Assembly: GCA_963754655.1 (NCBI GenBank) | Contig: CAVWGN010000001.1 | Span: 992,001-1,056,000, forward strand | DNA: 64,000 nt | Source of the DNA: an uncultured Chlamydiae bacterium | GTDB taxonomy: Bacteria > Chlamydiota > Chlamydiia > Chlamydiales > Parachlamydiaceae | Direction: 5' to 3' | Part shown: positions 52,537-61,354 of the stretch, in pieces | Numbering within the stretch: position 1 is the first letter of the stretch | Layout of the letters: the number at the start of each line of letters is the position of its first letter | Made by a program: the position numbers and the translations under genes | Notes under the pieces: model-generated | What the model was told of the DNA's origin: nothing | What the model saw: the letters and a program-made list of their open reading frames with translations, nothing else | Database searches by the model: none

Positions 52537-52935
52537 GGGTTTACCTCCAGTTGTTAATCAACCGGAGTGTTACCCATGTCCTTGGATAATGTCACCTATG
52601 TCCTTAGATAAAGTGTTACCCATGTCCCTAGATCGGACCATGTTACAGCCCAGGTCGCAGCGAAGCGGAGGCCTGGGTTCTATCAAAAAGACATCGAGTC
52701 CTGAAAGGACGGCATAAACATACGACCTTCAATTTAACTATGCCAATTATTGTGAAAAATAAAGCTCATTTTTTGCACAAAATGAATACCCTAGCCCTGG
52801 GTATGAGTGAGTTGTGTCATGCAGCCTGAAGGGCTGCCAGAGTGTCAAATTTTTAGTAAAATACTAGTCATGAAACACGTCCTATGGGCCCTACAACTAT
52901 TATTTATATCATAAATAATCTTTTTCAAACACGCC

Positions 52936-53253
52936 CCAGGGCGATGCCCTGGGCTATTTTCTTTGAAGCCTTTCAGGCTCTGAACATGGGACATCTTTTT
53001 GTTAACCGTCTCTAAAATGATTGTGGAGTACGTACCATTTAATAGGCATGGGCCCTACAATCGTTATAGAAGGAGGTCTTCTAAAAATTGTCCAAGTTCA
53101 GAGCCTGAAAGGCTTCAAAGAAAATAGCCCAGGGCATCACCCTGGGTTAGATTAGCCCTCTTCATGTAGTCTGAAGGACTACAAGAGAATCCTCTTATCC
53201 CAACCCCGGGCTTTGAAGCAGTTCCAATAGGCTAAAACTAATGTAATGGAGTA
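52936..53253. mobile_element. Core and right arm of a family A element, same site as 42464-42890
   Basis: Both are followed by GGAGTATATTGAAAATTGC. Confidence 0.85.
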
Positions 53254-53602
53254 TTAAGGAGTATATTGAAAATTGCACGACGGGTTACGAGGGTCTTCCA
53301 CTTCCTGAGGGTTTGATAGAATCATCGCCTTAGGGTGTTGAAATTCTTTGAACTTAATATGAAGAGGAACTTTGCCTTTGGTTGACTCATATAAAAACTC
53401 CTTGGATATTAAATACTTAAGTTTTAATAATTCAAAAATTTTTTATAAAACTAATAGATTTTAAACAACTTGATTTAATGGTTAGTCATTATTCAATGTA
53501 TTATTAGTTTGTTGATTTATAGTATTTAATATTATATCATAAAAAATCATATTAATTTTATCTGTTTAATATAAAAATTAAAAATTTAATTAAGGAATAA
53601 TT

Positions 53603-55537
53603 ATGCAAATTAACAAATTTTCAGAGACAGTGCAAAACAATTCAAACGAAAACTTGCTGGACAACTTAATTCCTAATGAAGTAGTAGGAGTGATTTTTGA
53701 TCAAGTTATCAATCAAAGCCAATCTTTAAGAAGTATTTCTTCTATTTTACTGACTTGTAAAAAATGGAAAAGTATTCTTGAGGGGAACTTTTGTATTTCA
53801 TTGGCGCAGGCATTTTCTCAACTTAAAAAGAAGCCTCCCTTCAAGATTGCGTTTCCCCAATGTATCATAACTGATCAAAAGAATCAGCTTACATCTGCAG
53901 AACTTAACTTGATTGATCGAGCCTTCAATAAACAGCTTATCAAATTTGAAAGGTTGTTAAAGTGGGATATAAATTTATTTCAGCCAAGGTGTTTATCTCT
54001 TTCTCTTTTGAATTTCTATTTATGGGATCCTGAAGTTTGCAAAGAAAGCGCCAATGAAAATATCCGAGAGATAGCTAAAGAGCAATTACAGATTTTAGAC
54101 TCTCTGACATCAGGCACTGATGATCAAAGACTGAGCGCGATCAAAGACTTTATTGGAAAACTTTACAGTGGTGGTCGAAATTTAACATGGCCGCAGAAAA
54201 AAACATCTGTTATCTCTACACTAAAAAATCTTCCCAATTTTAACGATAAAAACATTCTCATGCAAGTGATTCACTATTTTGGAAGTGCTGTTTTTGATAT
54301 ACATGAAAGCCTTAAAAAAGATCGAGAAATTGTCTTAGCGGTCATTCAGCAAGATGGCGGGGCTCTTTACGATGCAGATGAAAGCTTTAAAAAAGATCGA
54401 GAAGTTGTCTTGGCTGCCGTTAAGCAATATGGTAACGCTCTTCATTTTGCAGATGAAAGTCTTAAAAAAGATCGAGACATTGTGTTGGTTGCCTTTCAGC
54501 AATATGGCAGAGCTCTTAAATATGCAGATGAAAGCCTTAAAAAAGATCGTGAGATTGTGTTGGCGGCCCTTCAGCAAGATGGCAAAGCTCTTAAATATGC
54601 AGATGAAAGTCTTAAAAAAGATCGAGAGATTGTCTTGGTTGCCCTTCAGCAGGATGGCTCGGTTCTTAAATATGTAGATGAAAACCTTAAAAAAGATCGA
54701 GAGATTGTCTTGGCTGCCGTTCAGCAAGATGGCTATGCTCTTCAATATGCAGATAAAAGCCTTAAAAAAGATCGCGAAATTGTCTTGGCTGCCGTTAAGC
54801 AAAGTGGCTATGCTCTTCTCTATGCAGATGAAAGCCTTAAAAAAGATCGAGGGTTTGTTTTGGCTACTGTTAAGCAAAATGGCACTGCTCTTAAATATGC
54901 AGATGATAGCCTTAAACAAGATCGCGAAATTGTTTTGGCTGCTGTTAAGCAAAATGGCTATGCTCTTCGATATGCAGATGAAAGCCTTAAAAAAGATCGA
55001 GAGATTGCCTTAGCTAGTTTACAACAAAACAACTTATTTTTTGAATTGGCAGACGAAAGCTTTAGAAAAGATCGAGAGTTTGTTTTGGTTATCATTCAGC
55101 AAAATGGCACAGCTCTTGAATATGCAGATGAAAGCCTTAAAAAAGATCGAGAGTTTGTCTTGGTTGCCGTTAAGCAAAGTGGCTATGCTCTTGAATATGC
55201 AGATGAAAGCCTTAAAAAAGATCGAGAGTTTGTCTTGGTTGCCGTTAAGCAAAGTGGCTATGCTCTTCGATATGCAGATGAAAGCTTTAAAAAAGATCGA
55301 GAGGTTGTCTTGGTTGCCGTTAAGCCAAGTGGCATGGCTCTTCAATTTGCAGATGAAAGCCTTAAAAAAGATCGAGAGATTGTCTTAGCTGCCGTTAAGG
55401 AAAATGGCTACGCTCTTCAATTTGCAGATGAAAGCCTTAGAAAAGATCAAGAAATTGTTTTGGCTGCCTTTCAGCAAGATCCAAAAGCTCTTAAATATGC
55501 AGATGAAAGTTTAAAAAAGATTGACAGATTGTGCTAA
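53603..55537 (+). CDS. F-box-like/DUF4116-repeat protein, array gene 5 (16 repeats)
   Basis: Paralogue, 644 aa. Confidence 0.88.
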   Translation: MQINKFSETVQNNSNENLLDNLIPNEVVGVIFDQVINQSQSLRSISSILLTCKKWKSILEGNFCISLAQAFSQLKKKPPFKIAFPQCIITDQKNQLTSAELNLIDRAFNKQLIKFERLLKWDINLFQPRCLSLSLLNFYLWDPEVCKESANENIREIAKEQLQILDSLTSGTDDQRLSAIKDFIGKLYSGGRNLTWPQKKTSVISTLKNLPNFNDKNILMQVIHYFGSAVFDIHESLKKDREIVLAVIQQDGGALYDADESFKKDREVVLAAVKQYGNALHFADESLKKDRDIVLVAFQQYGRALKYADESLKKDREIVLAALQQDGKALKYADESLKKDREIVLVALQQDGSVLKYVDENLKKDREIVLAAVQQDGYALQYADKSLKKDREIVLAAVKQSGYALLYADESLKKDRGFVLATVKQNGTALKYADDSLKQDREIVLAAVKQNGYALRYADESLKKDREIALASLQQNNLFFELADESFRKDREFVLVIIQQNGTALEYADESLKKDREFVLVAVKQSGYALEYADESLKKDREFVLVAVKQSGYALRYADESFKKDREVVLVAVKPSGMALQFADESLKKDREIVLAAVKENGYALQFADESLRKDQEIVLAAFQQDPKALKYADESLKKIDRLC

Positions 55538-55949
55538 TTATAAGGCCCAGCTATCTTGCTGGGCCTACACTTTGTGCGATAGATGCAAGTGATTCAAAAG
55601 TTCTCTCGGCGTTTGCTCAGCGCTCTCTGCAGCTCTGCGTTAAACCCGCCTTATGTTCTGTCTTATTAGTTTTTGCCTATTAAGGCGATTTTAAAATTCA
55701 TATGGTTGAAGTGAAGAGAGATGAGCTAAAGCTAACGACGTCTTCATTCGCCCTTCATTACAGATAGATAGCTTAAAAATTTCTCTTTTTCATCCTTTTA
55801 TGATAGTCTTTCAACGTTCTGTTTTGTCTCCATTTTTTGTGTGTCTTAAGAACACACAAGTCTCTAAGTCTAATAGATTAGAGATGCTGGTTTTAGAGAT
55901 TTGATCAATATTAGCCATTTTATTTTTTTACTGGAAAGGCTCTTTGTAA

Positions 55950-58900
55950 ATGATGAATTCATGGAGTGTGAGTATGAAACGATGTCAAAAGGGTTTCAAA
56001 AAAAGAATGTGGATATGGGTGTGTTTATTGGTGTTAAAAATCAGTGTTTGGGGGGAGGGGTTGGAATCTTCCACAGCAGTTGTAGAAAGGGATCAATTAG
56101 AAATTGAACAATTTCTCAATCTTGTAGCGATTGCAGAAGTTCATGAGTGGCCAGAGATCATTCATCTTATGCGACTTAAATTCCCACAACTGATGGCTGA
56201 AACATCGTTAAAAAATGTTTTAAATCATCTGAAGGTGCATTTATTGGAAAGCAAGGATCTCCGATTAATTCGACTTTTCAATCGGGCTGTGCGCAATCAT
56301 GATACCTTATCTGCAGAAAAGGCAGATCCTGTGGTTTCTTATTACAAGCATTACGAGCCTCCTACTTTTTTGATTCCGAAGATTCATCTTACGTTTGATA
56401 TCAGTCAAATCAAGGTCTTAGTGACAAGTGAGATCAGCGTAAAGCGCAATAGCCAAGAAAATTGCTTGATTCTAGATGGCAGAGGACACAAAGTCCACAC
56501 TGTTATTTTAAATGGAGCATTAATTCCTAAAGAGCAATATAAAGTCACACCTCACGAATTGATTTTATTCAATATTCCTCAAGAAGAAACATTTCAAGTG
56601 ACGATAAAGAGTGAAATAGATCCCTTTACCAATGACTCTTTGGAAGGAATGTATCGTTGTGGTCAATGGTTGACAACTCAATGTGAGTCGGAAGGAGCGC
56701 GCCGCATTTTTTTTACTTTGGATCGTCCCGATGTCCTCAGTTGCATCACGACGACAATTATTGCGGATAAGGAGCATTATCCCTATCGTCTATCTAATGG
56801 CAACTTTATTAAAGAAGATCTATTAGAAGATGGACGTACCGCTATCACATGGCATGATCCCTTTCCTAAACCTAGCTACCTTTTTGCCTGTGTATTGGGA
56901 CATTTTACCCAATTAACAAGTCATTTTACGACGAAAAGTGGTAAAGAGGTAGAGCTGCAAATTTATGTCGAGCCAGGAAAAGAATCGAGAGCGCAATACG
57001 CTCTTTTTGCATTGAAAAAAGCCATGGAATTTGATGAGGTTTTATTTGATCGAGAATATGATTTATCTTGTTTAAAAATGGTGGGCATTCCCAATTTTAA
57101 TTCTGGAGCTATGGAAAACAAAGGATTAATGATTTTTAACGATATCCGCCTGTTGGTTGATTCTCATTCGGGGACGGACAAATCGCATCGAGAAGTTGCT
57201 CATGTTGTAGGGCATGAATATTTTCACAATTGGTCGGGTAATCGCGTGACAGTGCGTAATTGGTTTGAGATAGCTTTAAAAGAGGCATTTACAGATTTAA
57301 GAGCCATGCTTTTTAGTGAATGGCTATTTGGAACCGAGTTTATTCGTCCAAAGGCTGTTCTAGCTCTTAGAGAAAATCAATTTCCTGAAGAAACTTCTGA
57401 GAAAGGACACCCCCTCATTGTCGAATCCTATGTTGATGCTCACTCCATTTATGATAATACCACTTATACAAAGGGGCGGGAAGTCTTCCGCACTCTAAAA
57501 AATTATATTGACATGTTGGTTCCTGCCGGTTTTAGAGAGGTGCAAAATCTCTATTTTACTCGATATGATGGGCAAGCTGTGACATTCCGGGAACTGCTTA
57601 GCGCGGGCAATGAGGTTTTAAAAAGATGTGGCAGAGATCTTTCACTCTTTGAGAGATGGTTTCATCAACCAGGGACGCCAATCATTAGTGTTAATATGGA
57701 ATATGATGCAAAAGAGAAAGAGGCAAAGTTCATTGTGGAACAATTATGCCTTCACCCCAGAACCCATCAGCCGCAAGATCCTTTTCAAATTCCTTTCAGT
57801 GTAGAGCTTTTAGGAAGAAGTGGAAACGTTATTCATCCCACATTTTCTTGTATTTTAGAAGAAGACAGGACAGTCATTAAGCTTCCTTCTTTTGAAAAGC
57901 CGACTCCTGTCTTTATGCATGGCTACAGTGCACCTGTCATTTTGCATTATGATTATACATTGGAAGATCTTGCTTGCATTGTAAAATATACAGACGATGC
58001 TTTTAGTCGTTGGGAAGCCGCTCAAAACTATTCTATTTTGGCTGTGAAAGAAATGAAGGCAAGAATCGAGGCAAATCCAAATCTTGAATTACAGGCTCAG
58101 AAAGGAGAATTGATGTTTGTCGACTTGCATCAACTTTATATTCAGGTCTTAAACAGTTTGCAGCACTCTCCTTTAGCTAAAGCACAAGTTTTAGAAATTC
58201 CCTCTATTCGCGCGCTTTCACAAGCCTTTAATGATTATGACTTCGAAAGATTGCATCAGTTACGATTATTATTTATTAAGCAGCTGGCACTGCTTTGCAA
58301 GCCGTCGCTAGAAAGTCTGCTAGTGGAACATCCCTCTCCTTTGGTTTATGAGCCCCATTCAGACCAGATGCAAATTAGAGAATTGCGATATGCCATTCTC
58401 AATCTTTTAGTGCTGATAGACAAAGATTATCATGAGAAAATTTTGACTCAGTATCAAACAGCCAATAATTTGGATGATTATGTCTCTGCATTCAATCTTT
58501 GCCTTAAAATTGGCCATTCCTGTAGAGAATTCGTTGTTAAAGACTTTTATAATAAATGGAAAAATGATAAGGCGATTTTTAATTTTTGGCTTTCGAGTCA
58601 AGCTTCTTCTGTCGATTGCACTGTTAATGATCTGCGAAGGCTTGAATCTGTTAACGGCTACGATGCGAAAAATCCTAACCACGTTCGATCCATTTTGCGC
58701 GCTTTCATTGCTAATCTCAAGTGCTACCATCATCCAACTGGAGAGGGCTATCGTTATATAGTAGATAAAATTCTAGAGATTGGAAGATTTAATCCATTGT
58801 TAGCGCATAACTATATTGCTGTCCCTGCTTTTTTAGATTTTGAAAATCTTTCAAGCACACAACAAGCCTTAATGGCAAAAGAGTTGGAGCGTTTGCGAGC

Positions 58901-58985
58901 AGATGAGGTACCTGCACAAACAAGGGATTTAGTCGAAAGAATGCTTGACCGCTATCATTCTAAAGAAAATAATCGCAATTCCTAA
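55950..58985 (+). CDS. pepN: Aminopeptidase N (M1) with N-terminal extension; start may be 55974
   Basis: TQCESEG, GAMEN, HEYFH-x18-E, YTKG. Confidence 0.93.
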   Translation: MMNSWSVSMKRCQKGFKKRMWIWVCLLVLKISVWGEGLESSTAVVERDQLEIEQFLNLVAIAEVHEWPEIIHLMRLKFPQLMAETSLKNVLNHLKVHLLESKDLRLIRLFNRAVRNHDTLSAEKADPVVSYYKHYEPPTFLIPKIHLTFDISQIKVLVTSEISVKRNSQENCLILDGRGHKVHTVILNGALIPKEQYKVTPHELILFNIPQEETFQVTIKSEIDPFTNDSLEGMYRCGQWLTTQCESEGARRIFFTLDRPDVLSCITTTIIADKEHYPYRLSNGNFIKEDLLEDGRTAITWHDPFPKPSYLFACVLGHFTQLTSHFTTKSGKEVELQIYVEPGKESRAQYALFALKKAMEFDEVLFDREYDLSCLKMVGIPNFNSGAMENKGLMIFNDIRLLVDSHSGTDKSHREVAHVVGHEYFHNWSGNRVTVRNWFEIALKEAFTDLRAMLFSEWLFGTEFIRPKAVLALRENQFPEETSEKGHPLIVESYVDAHSIYDNTTYTKGREVFRTLKNYIDMLVPAGFREVQNLYFTRYDGQAVTFRELLSAGNEVLKRCGRDLSLFERWFHQPGTPIISVNMEYDAKEKEAKFIVEQLCLHPRTHQPQDPFQIPFSVELLGRSGNVIHPTFSCILEEDRTVIKLPSFEKPTPVFMHGYSAPVILHYDYTLEDLACIVKYTDDAFSRWEAAQNYSILAVKEMKARIEANPNLELQAQKGELMFVDLHQLYIQVLNSLQHSPLAKAQVLEIPSIRALSQAFNDYDFERLHQLRLLFIKQLALLCKPSLESLLVEHPSPLVYEPHSDQMQIRELRYAILNLLVLIDKDYHEKILTQYQTANNLDDYVSAFNLCLKIGHSCREFVVKDFYNKWKNDKAIFNFWLSSQASSVDCTVNDLRRLESVNGYDAKNPNHVRSILRAFIANLKCYHHPTGEGYRYIVDKILEIGRFNPLLAHNYIAVPAFLDFENLSSTQQALMAKELERLRADEVPAQTRDLVERMLDRYHSKENNRNS

Positions 58986-59045
58986 AGGGATTTTCACACT
59001 TTAAAGAGTAGATAAAATATCTTAGTGAATGATAGAAAGAATTAG

Positions 59046-59354
59046 GGCATGGTTCAATTGAAGGTCGCATGTTTATGCCGTCCTTTCAGGACTCGATGTC
59101 TTATTGATAGAACCCAGGCCTCCGCTTCGCTGCGACCTGGGCTGTAACATAACGGCCCTTCAGGCCTTAACAAAAAAATGATTTAAGGACTTATATAAGA
59201 GGGACTTAAACATCTCTTGCTAAGGCCTGAAAGGCCGTCCTATTACAGCCCAGGTCGCAGCGAAGCGGAGGCCTGGGTTCTATCAATAAGACATCGAGTC
59301 CTGAAAGGACGGCATAAACATGTGACCCAAAATTCACTCTTTTTGAACCATGCC
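59046..59354. mobile_element. Free-standing family D palindromic element (309 bp)
   Basis: 12-bp terminal repeats GGCATGGTTCAA; flanks AGAATTAG / AGAATTAA (8-bp duplication, one mismatch). Confidence 0.85.
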
Positions 59355-59446
59355 AGAATTAAAGAACCTTCTAATAGCCTTGGTTTTATTGATGGTAGTA
59401 TTAAAATATTTAATTTAAAATAATGGGCTTTCTGAAAGGAAATTAA

Positions 59447-60199
59447 ATGATATTGGCTTTATTGGGAGCGCTAGCAATAGGTCTCAGTTTGGGGCTTTTA
59501 GGTTCAGGAGGATCTATTCTCACTGTTCCTGTTCTTGTTTTTATTTTGCATACGCCAGAAAAACCAGCCTTTGCAGAGTCTTTGGCAATTGTTGGGTGCA
59601 TCGCTTTAATGGGATCAATTCCTTATGTTTGGCGAAAACAAGTTCACTGGAATAGTGTTCTTTTCTTTGGTTTGCCAGGTATGTTAGGAGCCTATTTAGG
59701 TGGACAGGGTTCTTATTATATTAGTGGCTCCATACAGCTAATGATTTTTGCTTGTGTGATGCTGCTTGTTGCGACTATGATGCTTTTTGGACCTTCTTCT
59801 TTTGACAAATGGACTCCCTCTAGGCAAGCAATCTGGCTCACCATTTTAGAAGGGTTTCTTGTGGGGGGACTAGCATGCCTTATTGGAATAGGAGGAGGCT
59901 TTTTAATTGTTCCTGCGCTTGTCATATTAACCAATTTATCAATGCCTCTTGCCATTGGGACGAGCCTTATTATTATTGCCATGAATTCTTTTACAGGTTT
60001 TATTGAACAACTCACGATGTTAAATTCATTAAAATTGGATATCAGTTGGAAAATTATTGGCATCATCTCAATTATTGGAATTTTAGGAAGTTTTGCCGGA
60101 AGCTGGATTGGTAAGAAGGTTCCACAAATTTACTTAAGAAAAGTGTTTGGTTTAAGCATTTTAGCAATGAGCTTCTATATTCTCCTAAGAGAATTTTAG
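59447..60199 (+). CDS. Sulfite exporter TauE/SafE family
   Basis: GLLGSGGSILTVP, GIGGGFLIVP, AIGTSL. Confidence 0.9.
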   Translation: MILALLGALAIGLSLGLLGSGGSILTVPVLVFILHTPEKPAFAESLAIVGCIALMGSIPYVWRKQVHWNSVLFFGLPGMLGAYLGGQGSYYISGSIQLMIFACVMLLVATMMLFGPSSFDKWTPSRQAIWLTILEGFLVGGLACLIGIGGGFLIVPALVILTNLSMPLAIGTSLIIIAMNSFTGFIEQLTMLNSLKLDISWKIIGIISIIGILGSFAGSWIGKKVPQIYLRKVFGLSILAMSFYILLREF

Positions 60200-60274
60200 T
60201 GCCCGACTTTTTAAATCACTAGTGGGTCATTGATACGCATTAGTCTAAGAAAAATAGCATTTTCCAAACACGCC

Positions 60275-61318
60275 CTAAGGCATGGCTTTCCAGGCGTGTT
60301 CTATCATCACTTCAAGTGAAGAATAACGAGGACTCCAATCGAGTTCTCGTTGAGCTTTAGATCCATTTGCCCTGACAATGGCAGCATCTCCTAACCGACG
60401 ACCTGCTTCGCGTTTATTTACACGTTGTCCTGTTACTTTTTCTACGGCAGCAATGACTTGTCGCACACTAAATCCTTGACCATTTCCTAAATTATAATAA
60501 TTGGATGGCGCTCCACTTAAAAGCTTTTCCATCGCAGCAATGTGCGCCGAGCCAAGATCTTCGATATGAATGTAGTCCCGTATACAAGTTCCATCTGGTG
60601 TAGGATAATCAGTTCCATAGATTGAGACAACTCCATTAGGTGTTTTTAAACTGCGTAAGACAATGGGAATTAAGTTTGAATCTTGAGTATTGAAGTTTTT
60701 CCTTTTTCCCTTAGGATCTCCTCCTACCGCATTAAAATAACGCAGGCTACAAAAACGGAGTTGATTGAATTGATCTAAATCTTTCAAAATATTTTCAACC
60801 ATCCGTTTGGATTGACCATAGGGGTTCAGCGGATTGCACGGATGAGTTTCAGAGATATAATTTTCTTGGGGATTGCCAAAAATGGCAGCAGATGACGAAA
60901 AAATAAACACTGTGACTTTGTGGCGCAACATGGCTGACAATAAATGAAGCGTATTAACAACGTTGTTTGTATAATATTTTATGGGATGTTGTGTCGATTC
61001 GCTAATATTTTTAAAAGCTGCAAAGTGCATGACAGCATCAATTTGATAGTGGCTAAAAATTTGATCGAGCAAAGCTGTATCTGCAAGATCTCCTTCAATA
61101 AAAATACCATGTTGGACAGCCTCTCGATAGCCTTGGCTTAAGTTGTCTAAAACAACTGTTTGATATCCTAGGCAGTATAGCATTTCGTTGATATGAGAGC
61201 CTATAAATCCAGCTCCTCCTGTAACTAATATGCACTTGGAATTCATAGGGGAACTTTGTAAAAAAGATAAATTTAAGACCAAAAAAACAATCAAAAGAGA
61301 AAAATATTTTCTGGGCAT
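60275..61318 (-). CDS. galE: UDP-glucose 4-epimerase with hydrophobic N-terminal extension
   Basis: VTGGAGFIG, HFAA, SSSAA, YGQSK, LRYFN, DGTCIRDYIH; SD AAGGA before ATG 61318. Confidence 0.92.
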   Translation of the reverse strand: MPRKYFSLLIVFLVLNLSFLQSSPMNSKCILVTGGAGFIGSHINEMLYCLGYQTVVLDNLSQGYREAVQHGIFIEGDLADTALLDQIFSHYQIDAVMHFAAFKNISESTQHPIKYYTNNVVNTLHLLSAMLRHKVTVFIFSSSAAIFGNPQENYISETHPCNPLNPYGQSKRMVENILKDLDQFNQLRFCSLRYFNAVGGDPKGKRKNFNTQDSNLIPIVLRSLKTPNGVVSIYGTDYPTPDGTCIRDYIHIEDLGSAHIAAMEKLLSGAPSNYYNLGNGQGFSVRQVIAAVEKVTGQRVNKREAGRRLGDAAIVRANGSKAQRELDWSPRYSSLEVMIEHAWKAMP

Positions 61319-61354
61319 GAGTTTCCTTATAAATGATGACAATTGACGGTTAGA

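Larger units (their letters stand above)
50822..52639 (-). mobile_element. IS481-family insertion sequence with passenger DNA
   Basis: TGTCCGATC / GATCGGAC ends, three subterminal ACATRGGTAAC-type repeats per end, ATGT on both flanks. Confidence 0.85.
50579..52790. mobile_element. Family C/D palindrome interrupted by IS481
   Basis: CTAG at 50575-50578 and 52791-52794; D spans 50625-52744. Confidence 0.85.
50413..52935. mobile_element. Family E MITE inserted in an A-type hairpin; hosts C, D and IS481
   Basis: Ends GGCATGTCTGAAAAA / TTTTTCAAACACGCC (13/15 match); CCAG on both sides; removal restores TAGCCCAGGGCGATGCCCTGGGCTA. Confidence 0.75.

Noticed and set aside
41050..55388. Long antisense and alternative-frame ORFs over the DUF4116 repeats (up to 305 aa)
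   Set aside because: Expected when a stop-free 75-bp unit is repeated; they begin and end with the repeats
40318..55537. Diversity-generating retroelement or shufflon driving array variation
   Set aside because: No reverse transcriptase, template repeat or invertase in the window; changes are not evidently adenine-restricted
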